Below, in pieces: positions 23,320 through 52,911 of a stretch of DNA of 64,000 nt; position 1 is the first letter of the stretch; every line of letters starts with the position of its first letter. The notes under the pieces are model-generated. The model did not search any database, was not told the origin of the DNA, and saw only the letters and a list, made by a program, of their open reading frames with translations. The DNA lies in contig JAWQFM010000006.1 in assembly GCA_033442325.1 (NCBI GenBank), positions 895,200 to 959,199 of the forward strand, in the 5' to 3' direction. The DNA comes from Salpingoeca rosetta (lineage: Eukaryota; Protista; Choanoflagellata). The position numbers and the translations under genes are program-made.

Positions 23320-23889
23320 CTCTCTCTCTGCCTTGGATGCGCGGTTGCAACAGCACGGGAACAGGTGGCAAAATCGGAAGACACAGATGCCATCTTCTCT
23401 CCCAAATCACACACAGCGAAGGACCCACAACATGACGAGCGATATCGACGTACGTGTGTGTGTGTGTGCACGTGCACTCGCTTGTGTGCTCATGATGTGC
23501 CGTGCGAAGCGCAAGCAGACGTTCGCTACTGCCGTTTGTTGCATGACCGCACCTCCACACACCTTCAGCCACCACCTCAACTCCTCCTCCCCCCGCCCTT
23601 GCCTCGTTGCACAGCCCCACCAACACTGCGGTCAAGAATGAACATGACATCGGAGCACGTGCTTGACGCGGGCAACAGGGCTGCAATATTGGCACTGGAG
23701 CGCATGGTAGGCACGCCCAGCGCACACCAGCAGCATCCCACACACGCGCACAGGCGGGCAAAGGGTGGTGGCACAGCAGCAAAGCGAAGCAGCCAGCAGC
23801 AAGCACAGCAGCAACAACAGCAACAACAGCAGAAGAGAGCAAGCGTGGACGATGGAACACAGCCCACGAAGCGAAGCAAACAGATGTGA
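22118..23889 (+). CDS. MED6: Mediator of RNA polymerase II transcription subunit 6 (5' exon missing)
   Basis: Exons encode NVLDYFGHPDSNPFYERESLNE, GVEYAVSHAQDPVLQVIRKQ and PLAYYYVARGNAFQAPDVCSVVSSRL, matching the Med6 signatures VLDYF..SNPFYD, G.EY...HAQEP.L..IRKQ and YYI..G..YQAPD..SV..SR. It ends in a basic NLS-like tail KRSKQM-TGA. Confidence 0.92.
23012..23120. repeat. (TATG)n tetranucleotide microsatellite in a MED6 intron
   Basis: Directly visible. Confidence 0.95.
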
Positions 23890-24246
23890 GGACGATGCGT
23901 GGTATGCAGTGCTGTGACGTGACGTGATGTATGTTGAGAAAGGATAGATAACTGCCTGTGCCATGACACTGTTTTGAGCAATGTCTAGTGTGCCTGTGTG
24001 TCGAAGTGAATATCGTTCTGAAATGGTTCTGCACTTTGTTACAACTCCGTTTGCAACTGCTCGCCTTTGTCTTGTTGTTGCCGCTGCCGCCGTTGTTGTT
24101 ATTGTTGTATTATACGTGTGGTGCAACACCGCTGTACACGACCGAGCACACAGAGAAAAGCTGCCACACCACACCACACACACACACACACACACGCACA
24201 CACACACACACGCACACAAAAACACGCACGCATACACACATGCACG

Positions 24247-24278
<32 letters not shown>

Positions 24279-24288
24279 CATTGAGGCG

Positions 24289-31840
<7,552 letters not shown>

Positions 31841-31924
31841 GCTGTTTGATTTTGAGACACCATAAATAACCAACACCCAATACAGACCACAATACACACA
31901 CACACCGCGACACATACGACAGCG

Positions 31925-32211
31925 ATGGACGTTGTAGGCAAGCAGCTGATGAAGGCGCAGGCCAAGTCGATCAAGACTGACCTGTTTGGGGACGATGATC
32001 GCACCCCAGACTCAAAGTCATCGCGAGAGGCCGTGAAGAAGGAGAAGGAGCGCCGCAAGCACGAAGAACAGGCCCGTGCTGAACGCCAAGCACAGCGACG
32101 GTCGGTGGTGGCGCCGATCACGAAAGAGACAGAGAGGACAGAGGGGCACTCTTTCAGGGGAATGTACTTGATTCTCATTCACACAACGTACATCATCAGC
32201 ACCACCCACAC

Positions 32212-32258
<47 letters not shown>

Positions 32259-32617
32259 AACACACATACAAGCAAACACACACACCAACAAACACACACA
32301 CACACGAAACTAACACTAGCAAACACACACGCACACAGGCGAGCAGATAGAATCTGAACGTACACACACACGCGCACAAACATACAACCTCCCGCATGTG
32401 GGGCGCATCTCGTTGTGCTCTTCGGGTGTTTGGCCACCGGGGAAAAAAAGGACCGACAGCGTCAGCAAGGACTATTGAAAGTTCAGGCATCGCCCCAAGG
32501 GACCAGGCCAGAAGAAGGACGCGACAAGGCGCTCAAGCTGATGACAAGAGCAGGACGCAAGGACTGACAAGTCCAAACAAAAGGATGCCCCAAAACAAGA
32601 CACTGCGTCTGTCTTGA
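31925..32617 (+). CDS. Complexin-like SNARE-binding protein; exon 1 clean, exon 2 appears frameshifted
   Basis: MDVVGKQLMKAQAKSIKTDLFGDDDRTPDSKSSREAVKKEKERRKHEEQARAERQAQR resembles the complexin N-terminus ([25 protein letters not shown]..) plus the charged accessory helix; donor gtcggt at 32101. At 32440-32617, fragments EKKDRQRQQ, GIAP, DKALKLM and DKSKQKDAPKQD lie in different frames. Confidence 0.55.
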
Positions 32618-33225
32618 TCGTGCGCGCACGGCTGTTTGCATGGTCTTCCTTCCTTCCGACCTCTATCCTCTCCACCTGCTGTCATGTTACAATGACACAA
32701 ATGCTGTTATTTCCTGTCTCCTTACTTTCTTTGCGCCCACCCGCACATGGCGCTGTTGCTTGAAGACCATAATGGCTGCTTGCTTCTTGAAGAAGCGGCG
32801 ATATCAAATCAGCACGCTTCATGGTTGTGTTGTATATTCTTTTTCCTTCTTGCAGGTGCAAGCCCCTCATGACTAGTCGAGTGAACCGAAAACAAACGAA
32901 AGGAAAGGCAAAAGAGATGGGGCATAGTAGGACGGACACACACACACATACACACACACACACACACATACACACACACACACATACACACACACACACA
33001 TACACACACACACCACAATCTCTCACACGGACACATTGACGCACATACACTCACGCATACAACAAAGTGAAGTTGAACAGCGTGGATTGTGCTCAGCACA
33101 ACCCAAGCAAACGCGCGCACACAAACACACACAAACACACACGTGCCAGACACCGCAATCCAAGCGATGTTGGTTGATTATGCAAAATGGTGAGTGAGGA
33201 AGAGGCCACAAACTTCTGTGCAGCG

Positions 33226-41942
<8,717 letters not shown>

Positions 41943-42344
41943 TCACTGTGGTGTGTCGAACGTATTGTGTTTGTCTGTATGTTTGTGTGCCTGTCTATGT
42001 GTGTGTGTGTGTGCGTGCGTGCGTGCGTACGTGCGTGCGTGCGTGTGTGTGTGTGTATGTGTGAGCGTGTGTGAGTGCGTACATGAGTGTCAGGGAAGAA
42101 GTGGTGCCATGAGTGCTCGACAGAGTGTGCATGTGTGAGTGGTTGTTCAAAACAGTTGAACTGTGAGTGCTGACAATCGCTCGACAAGGCGAGTCTCGAC
42201 ACTACGGAGGTTGTTTGGATGGGTGTGTATTGTTTGAGGAGCACGCATGCAAGTATACCTGTCTTGCTTGAAAGTGAAATAAGAAAATGATTCAAAGGCA
42301 GTCGGTACCTGTAGCGTGTGATATGAGCGAAGAGGGCAACCAAT

Positions 42345-42377
<33 letters not shown>

Positions 42378-42939
42378 ATTGGGGTGAGTGGTGACAACGT
42401 GATGGTGCATGCAATGTAAGACGACAGCAGCTCATTGTGCCACAAGCAATGCGACGAGCATGTGATGTGGCGCTGTCTCAAGTGACTTGAGTGACAGCCT
42501 CGGTTGCACGGTGGGCACACACACACGCACACACACACACACAGTGTAGCAGCTGCACGTGAGCAGGGGGGCAGAAGAAGCAAGAGCAGCCACGCAGAGG
42601 TGGTGGTGCTGGTGCTGGTGAGACTTTCAAACGCACCACGACGCGAGCTCGCAGGCAGAAGAAACGTGCAGAAAGCGCAAAAAGACAAAGAGAGGTGGCG
42701 GATTTGTGCGTGCAGAAGAAGCAAAAATGCACACACACAAACAAAGCCACACACACAAGCGAGGAAGGGCAACAACGCCAACCCAAAAAGTCCGGAGATA
42801 CAAGCGACTGAATCCAGTATGGCTTCTTGAAAGCGGAGAGCGACAGGATGTAATGTTGTGTCGTCTCTCATTTTTCGGCCAGCAACAACAACCACAGACC
42901 ACCACCACCACCCACACCACCACAACAGACCCAGCAACC

Positions 42940-43572
42940 ATGTCTGCGAAGCAGGGAGCGAGCCTCATTGTGTACACCATGCTTGCGCTTGGTGCCATTG
43001 GCTATGCCATTGAATACCCTCATCTCATTGGTACGAGATGGTGTTTGAGGAGAGGGGAAATTTGTTTTTTGGGGGGGGGGGCTTGCAAGGAGCAGTTCTG
43101 TTGGTGATAACGACGGTTGTTGGTGTGGTTGTGGAGTGATTGTGGAGTGGAGTGATTGTGGAGTGGAGTTTGTTGGTGGTGTTGGTGGTGTTGGTGTGGT
43201 GTTGGAGTGGTTGTGGAGTGTGATTTGGTGGTTTGTGTTTGAGTGATTGTGTTTGAGTGATTGTGGACTTATTGTGTGGTGGTTTTTTTCGGCGGTGATG
43301 TTGTGGGGTTTGCTTGCTGCGGCCACAGTCATGCTATGCTGTCCTGTTCATCTGTCATCTCCAACAAACCATGTTCCACTTCACCGCTTTTGACTCAACA
43401 AACAACACCTTCTTCGACGACCGCAAACAATTGACATGACACACGCACTTCCCTCCCCCCCCCAACAACAACAACACACAAACACACACAACCATGTTCG
43501 GTTGATGCAGAGGAGTACAAGAAGAACCCGCCATCATGGAGCAAGTACGCCAAGACCAAGGCTGAGCACTGA
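42940..43572 (+). CDS. 50-aa single-TM microprotein resembling the C-terminal half of mitochondrial ATP synthase subunit f; exons 42940-43030 and 43511-43572
   Basis: Splicing G|gtacga..gatgcag|AG gives MSAKQGASLIVYTMLALGAIGYAIEYPHLIEEYKKNPPSWSKYAKTKAEH*. A TM helix followed by GY..EY.HL resembles the subunit f motif (yeast GYSMEYYFHL). Confidence 0.6.
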
Positions 43573-44261
43573 ACCCGTACCACGTGTTTGTGATTGTAGT
43601 TGTGTATTGTTAGTGTTGTTGTCCTTGTCGCTTCTGCAAAAGTGTGAGTTGATGTGTGAAGCAATCACAGCGCTGTTTCCCAATCATCGAAACACGGTGA
43701 TACTGTGCTGTGATGTGCTGCGCTGGCATGTGGTGTGATGGTATTCATCTTGAGCAATTGCTCATAGTTTGTCAAATGGTCGTGTGCGTCTGTCTCCACA
43801 AGTCCACTTCGTCTGTGCTTCCTCTCCCCATATGTCTCATCTTCCCACCGTTGGTTTTGTCTGTGCGTCGTCTCAGCCAAGAAATAAACACAGTACAACA
43901 GCAGGACCTAACTCAACAACCTGTCACTGTCACTATGATGTTTAGTCACGCAGTTTTATGAATGTACACACGCAGCACACTTTCAATACTCTTCTTGTTA
44001 TCGCACATGTGCGCACCAGTCAGCAATGAAACCCGAGAAGCAGGACAAGAAAGCTATGTACAAACCACGTGTACACAAGATATCCAAACACACACGCACA
44101 TACCACACACACACCAGCACGCAAAACACTTCTTTTTTTCCGACGCTGTCCAACCACACACAGACACACACACAGACACACACACACAGACACACACACA
44201 CACACATACACACACACATACACACGCACACATCCACGAGCACACGCAAAGACGCTTGTCA

Positions 44262-44700
44262 TCACATGACGGAGCAGACGGTGGAGGACTGGCTGCGCTG
44301 CTCGGGCGTGGATTCCCGCCATTTCTGCGCCCGCAGACCCACCATAATCGACTGCACAGCGCCTTTGAACCGCTTGTCAGCACCCTTGCTCAACGCGCTC
44401 TTCACATCGGCGACGGTCACAGTCTCGCTCGGCTTCTTGTCCTTGATCAGCTGTGAGGCGATGATGGGTGTGATTGATGGTTGATGTCAGTTAGATTTGT
44501 AAGAGTGGGTGTTGTTCGGGTTTGTCAATCCCTGACATGAGGCGGCATTGCGTGGACACAGGATAGTTTCGAAACGACAGGGCCACAAACAGTCCCACCT
44601 CACGCATTGCCATGTCACCACCTCATGCAACTTCACCATCCCATCCCAACCCCCCAACCCCTTGGCGTCCATCACCGTTCACGTGCACATAACAGCTGGC

Positions 44701-44743
<43 letters not shown>

Positions 44744-46526
44744 CACCTCCCTGACGTTGCTGATGCGGCGGGAAATGCGCTCCGAGCGGCGACGGTATGT
44801 CTCCGGGAAATGCGCTCCGAGCGGCGACGGTATGTCTCCATCTCACACCGCAGCTGCTGCAGCTGCTCCTCATACTCCTGCGACTTGAGCGACGTCTGCG
44901 CAGACACACGTCGTTGTAGACGTTGCGCGTGTAGTTGTGTTATGTGTGCATGTGCGTGAGTACAACAGAGAGAGAGTGTGTGTGCGCGCGCGTGTGCGAG
45001 TACAAGTGTGTATGTGTGCCTGTGTGTGATGAGATTCGACATACAACCATACAACCGTGACGATAACGAGCGTATCACATCATCATCATTATTATCATTG
45101 CAACAGTACAGTTGTTGTTGCTGCCGTTGGTGTTGCTGATGTGTTGTTGTTGCCAACGTACGAGCTGCAACGACGCGAGTGTGTGTCCTTTCGTGAAGAC
45201 GGCCTTGTTCTCCTCCGAGCCCGTCTGATCGCCCCAGATCTCAATCACAAGCGCCTCGCTGGTGACAGCCGAAGAAGAGAGAGAGAGGGGGGGGGTCAGC
45301 CGCGAGCAGTGCACAGAGCAGGAAGGAGAGGAGGGAGACGGTAAGGAAGGAGACGGTCGCGGGTGAGGGCGTTGAACAGGAAGAAAGGCAAGATGGGGTC
45401 AAGGTCGACACTGCACAACAATCCAACGCAAGATTGTACCATACCACACACACACACACACACACACAGACACACGATCACATGAATTCATTCACATCCA
45501 ACATCGTCACGCATGGAACAAGAGCGCACTTTGACATCCAGTCGATGAGATCCTGGCAGACGGATTGGATGGAGATGATCTTGGAGTGCTCGATGTTCGC
45601 GTTGATCTTCTCTTGCACCTGAACACACACACACATGCACACACACACATTCGCAGGCACAGCCATGGAAGGCAAAAGAGGAGGGAAGGGGAGTCGGTAA
45701 AGCGGTGTGATGTGAGTGGTGGGTGCCTGAGATGCTCACATTTGCTCACAGTTGCTGCTCTTCATGGCTGCACAGCCGTTTGATCGCATGTGACCTAGCA
45801 CAAGCAGCAACAACAGCAACAGCAACAGCAATAGCAGCAACAAACTGAAACAAAACCAGCACAGCAACAGCAGCGGTACCGGTGGTGTCTGGACGTCCTC
45901 CTCGTCATCAAACCACTTGTAGCTGCAGTGGATGGAAGAATACTGTGGCGGCAGGCCCGTCGCGGTCTTGATCTGTCAGCATTCGTCAGCATGTGTTAGA
46001 TGTAGAGGGTGCGCATGCATGCGAGTAGTATTCAATAAAGAAAAAAGTGCAGGAGAGACCCTGGCACATCTGCAAAGGCATCAACACAGACAACACAACA
46101 CACCAACAACGTAGGCATTGCTGTTCTTCTTGCTGTGTATGTGTGTGCATGTGTGTGCATGTGTGTGTGGTGCAATATGCGCTTCGTTCAACAAGTGCGT
46201 GTGCGTGTGTGTGCGATACTTACGGAGACCATGATGTAGTACGGGTGGCCGACGAGCTCGTCTGGATCGTCCACAAACAGCTCAAACTCGTCCTCGTCAA
46301 ACGGCGACCCGTCCGCGCGGCACGGGAACACGTGTACGTCAAGGTGGCCTGGGTTGCGGAGATGCACAGGTGAGCGTGGCAGCATTGCACGGCGTGCAGA
46401 GGAGAGGGGAATGCAACGCTGTTGTGCTTTGGAAACCGCAAGCACTTACTCTCCATAACAATAACAATCGCACAAGCAAACACAACAGCACAAGCAAACA
46501 GCAGACACAACAGCACAAGAAACACG

Positions 46527-46580
<54 letters not shown>

Positions 46581-48052
46581 CACACACACACAAACACACA
46601 AACACACAGAGCACCGGTACCTTGGATTTGACCGTTGTGGTCGAGGATGCTGACGCTCTCCTCAAGGTCCATTTTGTAGCAGAGCGGCTGCAGGTATATG
46701 TTGCAGAAGCCAATCTTCACCGCCTTGTCCAGCGCCTCAAAGAACGGATCCTGCCACGGTGCGAAGCAGTGTTGTGGAAAGGACACAGAGAATGGAAAGA
46801 AGATGAGCAGAGATGGTCGTGAGAACCGACAATCGACACACACACACACACACAACGCAAAACAAGAAGGAAAAAACAAAAGGTGTGTGTATACACAGCC
46901 GTGGGCCTAATTAATTACCCAGCACCTCTGCACGACCACCACGTTACACCTCACCGCCACAATGCCACCATGGCCAGCATCACAGCCACAGCGCACCAAT
47001 TACTGACCGATTCTGTGGGGCGGTCCCAGTCCGGGTCCTCCTCCATCTTTGCGTTGAACATCTCCAGCATGGCGTACTTGCGGTTCATGAAGCGGTTGCG
47101 CGACCAGATCCACGACGCACCCGTCTTCGTGTCCGCCACCAGCACCTTCGAGCGAGAATGCGTGGGAACGACAAGAGGGGTTGATTGAGGGTGTGATGGC
47201 AGTCATGCGTTAATGGTGAAGCAGACACATGCAAGACACACGACATGCAGCGCATCAAGTATTCATCGACATGAGGGAACGATGCTAAGAAACGACATGT
47301 AAAGGACACACGCGTTCCTGTTGTGTAATACCAGCAACACAAGCCCCTTGACAGCGCTCGCCTGCCCACACCCAAACCAAAGCACCACCACAACACAGCA
47401 CCGTCATCGCACGACGAAACCGCGTCCAACCCTACCTTGACGTCTGGCTTGTTGGACTTATCCTTGCTCTGCACGAGCTCCAGACTGAAGTACTTGTCCT
47501 TGTTCAGCTCCGTGCTGATGGCGTTTGCTTCTGTCACGTGGCGAAGCAGCGTCTCAATCTACAGCACCAACGAAGAAGGTATGGAGTGAGGCAAGGTCAT
47601 TCAAGGAGGTGTGTGTGTGAACATGTTTGTGTGTACGTGTTTGTGTGAACATGTTTTTGTGTTCGTGTGTGTGTGATATGTTTGTGTGTACGTGTTTGTG
47701 TAAAGTTTGCGAGCCAATGTGATGCCTGCTCGACCACCCAAGCACACGCACGCGCACATGCACACGCACGCACCTCTTCCTGCAGGAGCAGCTGCTCTGG
47801 GCTCTGGTTCATGTCTGTGGTGAGACCGCTGTGGCGGGCAATCTCTGCCTGCGCGTCCTCAAACGTGGGGATCTTCCACACCTTTCCCTCAGACTCGGCA
47901 GCCTTGGCCTCGCCTGGGATGCTCATGCAGTAGAGGTGCGACGGCCCCAGCAGCACCCGCGAGTGGTGACGAAGCTCGACGGGCTCGTTCCTGCGCGTCG
48001 CGAGAGGTGGGCGACGCAATGCGGATGAGTATGGGTGAGACAAACGTCGTGT

Positions 48053-48085
<33 letters not shown>

Positions 48086-49229
48086 GGTTTCACAGTGTGT
48101 GATGAAGCCGAGGAAACATCTCAAACACACCAAACAGTGCCACGAACACATGCCCTCCACCGTCACCACCACCACGAGGACAGCGCAGTCAAGCTCACTC
48201 GAGTTCTTTGCCGTTGACGAGGATCTTCTCGCGTGCTGCCGCCTTCTTGATGAACAGCTTGCCGTCGCGCCGGTGGATGATCGCGTGCTTCGGCGCAATG
48301 CTCAGCCCCTTCAGCACAATGTCCGTCGGGTCTATGGCGATGGGTAGCGGCGGGGGAGACAGTGTGTTGCGTTGTGCATGTGGTGAGTGTACGATTGAGG
48401 GGTGTGTATGGTTGTGTTTGTACTTGCGAGACAGACAGTGTCAAGCGACAGGGTCAAGCGACGGTGTCAAGCGACGGGCGTGAAGAAGAGTGCACCAAAT
48501 ACACGCACGCACACGCACACACACACGCACACATACACACACAGACGCAAGTGTTGGCGGCTCACCATCACTGCGGCCGTTGCCAACGGTGACCTCGTCC
48601 TTTTCGATAAAGTAAGCAATGACACCTGCAAACGACAGCACCAACAAACGGGAAAGAGGAGATGGATGAATTAGCAGCAGGGAGCAGGAAAGTGAGACCA
48701 CACAAACATGCACACGCTTGCACAGACACACCTTTTCACACACACGCGCGCGCGCGCTTTCACACCCCCCCCCCGCACACACACACGCTTTCACACTTCA
48801 GTGCATCATGTGCATTTTAGGCACAATGGCAGTGGTTGTGCACGTACAGCTGAGGGCGGGATCCTCGTTCATGTTCCAGAGATGCGGAACGTGCTTCCGT
48901 TTCTCCTTCTCTTGCGTCGCAGCTGCGTCCTGTGGGCAAATGATGGAGATGACCGTGGCAGGAGGCGGCGAGCACATGTGTCAAAAAGGAAACAAAACAA
49001 AGTAATCCGACCCAGCAACACACCCACACGCACACCACACCACACACACGCACGCACACACATACACACGAAAGCAGCCGGTGCAGTGATGACGCACCAC
49101 GGCAGCGTGCTTCCTCTTCTCCTCCTCCAGGCGCTGTTCCCAGGTCTTCTTCATCTCCTGCATCTCGCGCTGGTTCTCCTCCATCTGCCGCTTCAGCTCC
49201 TCGGCCATCTCGCTCCCGCCGCCAGCGCT

Positions 49230-49260
<31 letters not shown>

Positions 49261-49803
49261 TCGCCCTGGATGAAATGAGGTGGTGACGTGAGAAAGGGGG
49301 GGGGGTGAATGGAAAGCAACACAGGAGGATGAACAATGGAAGCGGACAGAGAAGCAGTTGAAACTTTGGGGGATGCATCTCCTCACACACACGCACACAT
49401 ACACACGCGCACAAGCACGCACGCACTGACACATCCTTGCCACCACCGCATAGGCCCTCAAGCCATCCCATTCCCGCGTTCGTGCGTGACTGCGACGCGT
49501 GTGCTGACCTGGGTGAGGCCCGGGGGCAGTGCACCGCCTTGCAGCATGGCCATCAACCGCGCATTCTCCTCCCGAAGTTCGCGGATCAGCCGCTCCGTCG
49601 GCGTCTCGTTCACCACGGCCTGTGTCTTGATGGACTTGACGCGGTCTGCAAAGCGCAGCGTGGAGAGCGTCTCGTCGTAGTTGATGTCGGCCGGCGACAG
49701 CGCGGCGATCATAATCGTCTTGGAGTTGCCGCCAAGCGCATTCTTCAGCAGTTTCGTCAGCACAGAGTCGCGGAACGGGATGATTTTCTGCACAGCAGTA
49801 TAG

Positions 49804-49866
<63 letters not shown>

Positions 49867-51667
49867 TGTTGTTTTCGCAGGTGTGAGAAAGACGTACGAT
49901 GTTTGCAAACAGCCAGGTGGCAGCTTGTCACGACCACTCCACATGTCATGAGCCAATGCGCCCACACACTCCGACCAAGCATTCTAGCAGTGACATAGCC
50001 GCAATCGCACCTTCTTGCCGTTTTGCACGTCGACGAGTGCGGAGATGACGTTACCGAGCGTGGACAGCGACTGGTTGATGGCTGCTCCTTCCTTCAGCCG
50101 ATCGCCCTGTGCACCTGTTGGTGTTCACGCACGCACGCACACGCACACGCGCATGCACATGCACACGCACATACGCCAAGAGCAGGACGTTACGCGTCAC
50201 GTTCAATGTCACAACGACCTTCGACTAACTACCGTCGCACTGTGTCCCCTCCCTCCCCCAAGTTCCATTTCCACCTACCGCAATCTGCCCTTCCCCACCC
50301 TACGCCCTCATCCTCCTCTGCATGTCCGTGCATGCCCGTGGCACGACGCACCTGTGCTCTCAGCGCGCTCTGAACCGGCGAGATCAACCAGGTTGATGCT
50401 CGAGCTCTTCGTCATGTTCACGCCGCCCTCATTCTGCACTCGCATCGACGACAGAGGAAGAGTGGTGGTGGTGGTGGTGGTGGTGAGTGGTGCAACACTA
50501 TAAGAGAAGCACACGAAGCAAGCAGAGCTACAACTTGTTGAACAAGTGCTGGTCCCATGACAGATAGACAGACACACACACACACACACACGGACAGCCA
50601 CATAACGTACGGTTGTCTTCTGCTTGACGTTGACAGTGACGATGGTGTGTGCACGTGAACTGGTTGCGTTCATGTTTGTGGCGGCAATGGTTCGGTTTTT
50701 CGTTCCCTGACGTGTGTGTGTGTGTGTGTGTGCGAGAGGGTTAGTGATTGATCTCACGGCATCGCCAAAACTGTTGCATACTCGGTCGCACGAAGCGCAA
50801 GCCAACGCTCAAGTGAGTACACGTGTGTCAAGTAAGCGCACGCGTGCACAGCGCCTACCTCTTCAATCCTAGCCTCAATCTCCGCAAAGGAGTGGACGGG
50901 CACAACACGGAGGTCGTTGACATAGAAGCCCTTCTTCGGGTGCTGGCGAACCTTCAGCCCGCCCTTGGGCTTACTCGACCCAAGCAGATCCTGCACCTGC
51001 TCGTTGTAGATCTATAGTGTGTGTTTGTGTGTGCGTGCGTGTGTGTGTGTGAATATTTGCGTGGGACAAGGACAGAGGAGGTGACCAGACGCGCACGGCA
51101 CGCTGGGACAAGAAAAGGCCGTTTCAATCGCAGCAAATTGGCTCCCTTGACAGCCAGCATGGTACAAACCTCCAGCATGGAGAAGGAGACATTGAATTCC
51201 GCGTTTGGAACTTTGTTGCCGCTGATGCCCTGCAACACGTTGAGGTATTGACATGGTACATGAGGTCAAGCGGCGTGATGTGAGCACTGAGCGTGCCAGC
51301 ACAGCGTGCTGTCGATCTAGAACCCCAAGAAACACCACTGCAAACCTTTGCCCATCCGCGCACACACGCGCGCGCACACACACGCGCGCGCACACACACG
51401 CGCGCGCACACGCACGCATACATACGCACACACATGTGCACACACCTTGAAGAGCTCATCGCAGGTGACTGGGACGATGCCTCTGTTCACGCCATAGCCG
51501 ACCATGGAGTACGACTTGCCGGAACCGGTCTGACCATACGCAAACAGCGAGCAGTTGTAGCCTGCGCACGAACATGCATGAATGGCATGACAAAGGATCA
51601 GAGCGCGTGCAAGGGAGCACCTCCTCACACATGAATGCACGGCTCAAAACAGGATGGGATGTCCTCC

Positions 51668-51762
<95 letters not shown>

Positions 51763-52406
51763 GCACGATCCGAGCGAGACAACTGACCGTTCCAGGCATT
51801 CTCCAGGACGCCTTGTCCGAGATCATCAAACACTTTTTGCTGTATGGTGGGTGCAGTGCAAGCAGGGAGCGTGAGCTGGGCCAGCAGGGTATTGTCAAGG
51901 GTATTTGCAGGGCAGGCCGTGTATTGGGCTGTAAAATGTCGCGGTTTCAGTGACATGGCTGACCTGATCTGCGTATTCGGGGGTCGTTGGGCTGAGATCT
52001 AATAACACAATGCACGTGATAAGTGGCCATGGGCATGGTGTGAGCTTACATTCCAGCTGACACAAGAAAGCAAACGCACCCACACGCACACACAGACACA
52101 CACACACGCATACACACACGCACCCACACACGCACACACACACGCACGCACACACACACACACGCACACACGCACAGGCGTGCACACACATACACACAGG
52201 CACGCACATCCGTCAGGCTTTTCCTCAAAGCCGTCATGGCTCCAGTAGCTGTAGTCGAAGGTGAACGACTTCTCTGTGCCTTCTTCCAGGTTCTTGATGA
52301 CGGTGGACTTGCCGTCCATCTCAATCACGTTGACCGCATTGCGCTGCTTCTCGCGGCTGTTGAACGGGCGCACACGCACCGCAACCTTCACGCTCTCCTC
52401 AGACAT
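44262..52406 (-). CDS. Kinesin-3 family motor, KIF28-like, with FHA domain and C-terminal CaaX box (>20 exons)
   Basis: [45 protein letters not shown] (P-loop), [64 protein letters not shown] region ([23 protein letters not shown]); KIF28-type [15 protein letters not shown]. The last exon ends STVCSVM-TGA. Confidence 0.92.
44769..44838. repeat. Perfect 35-bp tandem duplication inside the penultimate kinesin exon
   Basis: cgggaaatgcgctccgagcggcgacggtatgtctc at 44769-44803 and again at 44804-44838. Confidence 0.95.
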
Positions 52407-52584
52407 GCCGCCGTCTGGTCGCTGATGATGGGCGCAAGGGGACAAGAGGAGGGCAGGAGGTGTGTGCGAGGGTTTGCTTTGGTTGGTGTGTTTGGTTTGG
52501 CGAGGAGGAGCAAACAGCGAGGCGGCAAGCGTCGCGAAGGAGGAGGAGGAGGAATGCCTGCTTTTTTTATGCTGTCGCAAACGA

Positions 52585-52705
<121 letters not shown>

Positions 52706-52911
52706 CTGTGATGCGCACAGACGCGCGTTTACAACTTGTTGCACATTCACGTCATGGCATGGCATGTCAACTGGGCTCCCTCTCCCTCTCCACCTACACA
52801 GCAAAGCACATTCTCTCTCAGTCTGTAGGAGGTAGCAACAATTACAATCACATATCACACAATCGCATGTATCATCACATATCACAATTAACCAGAGCCA
52901 CTGCAATGCCG

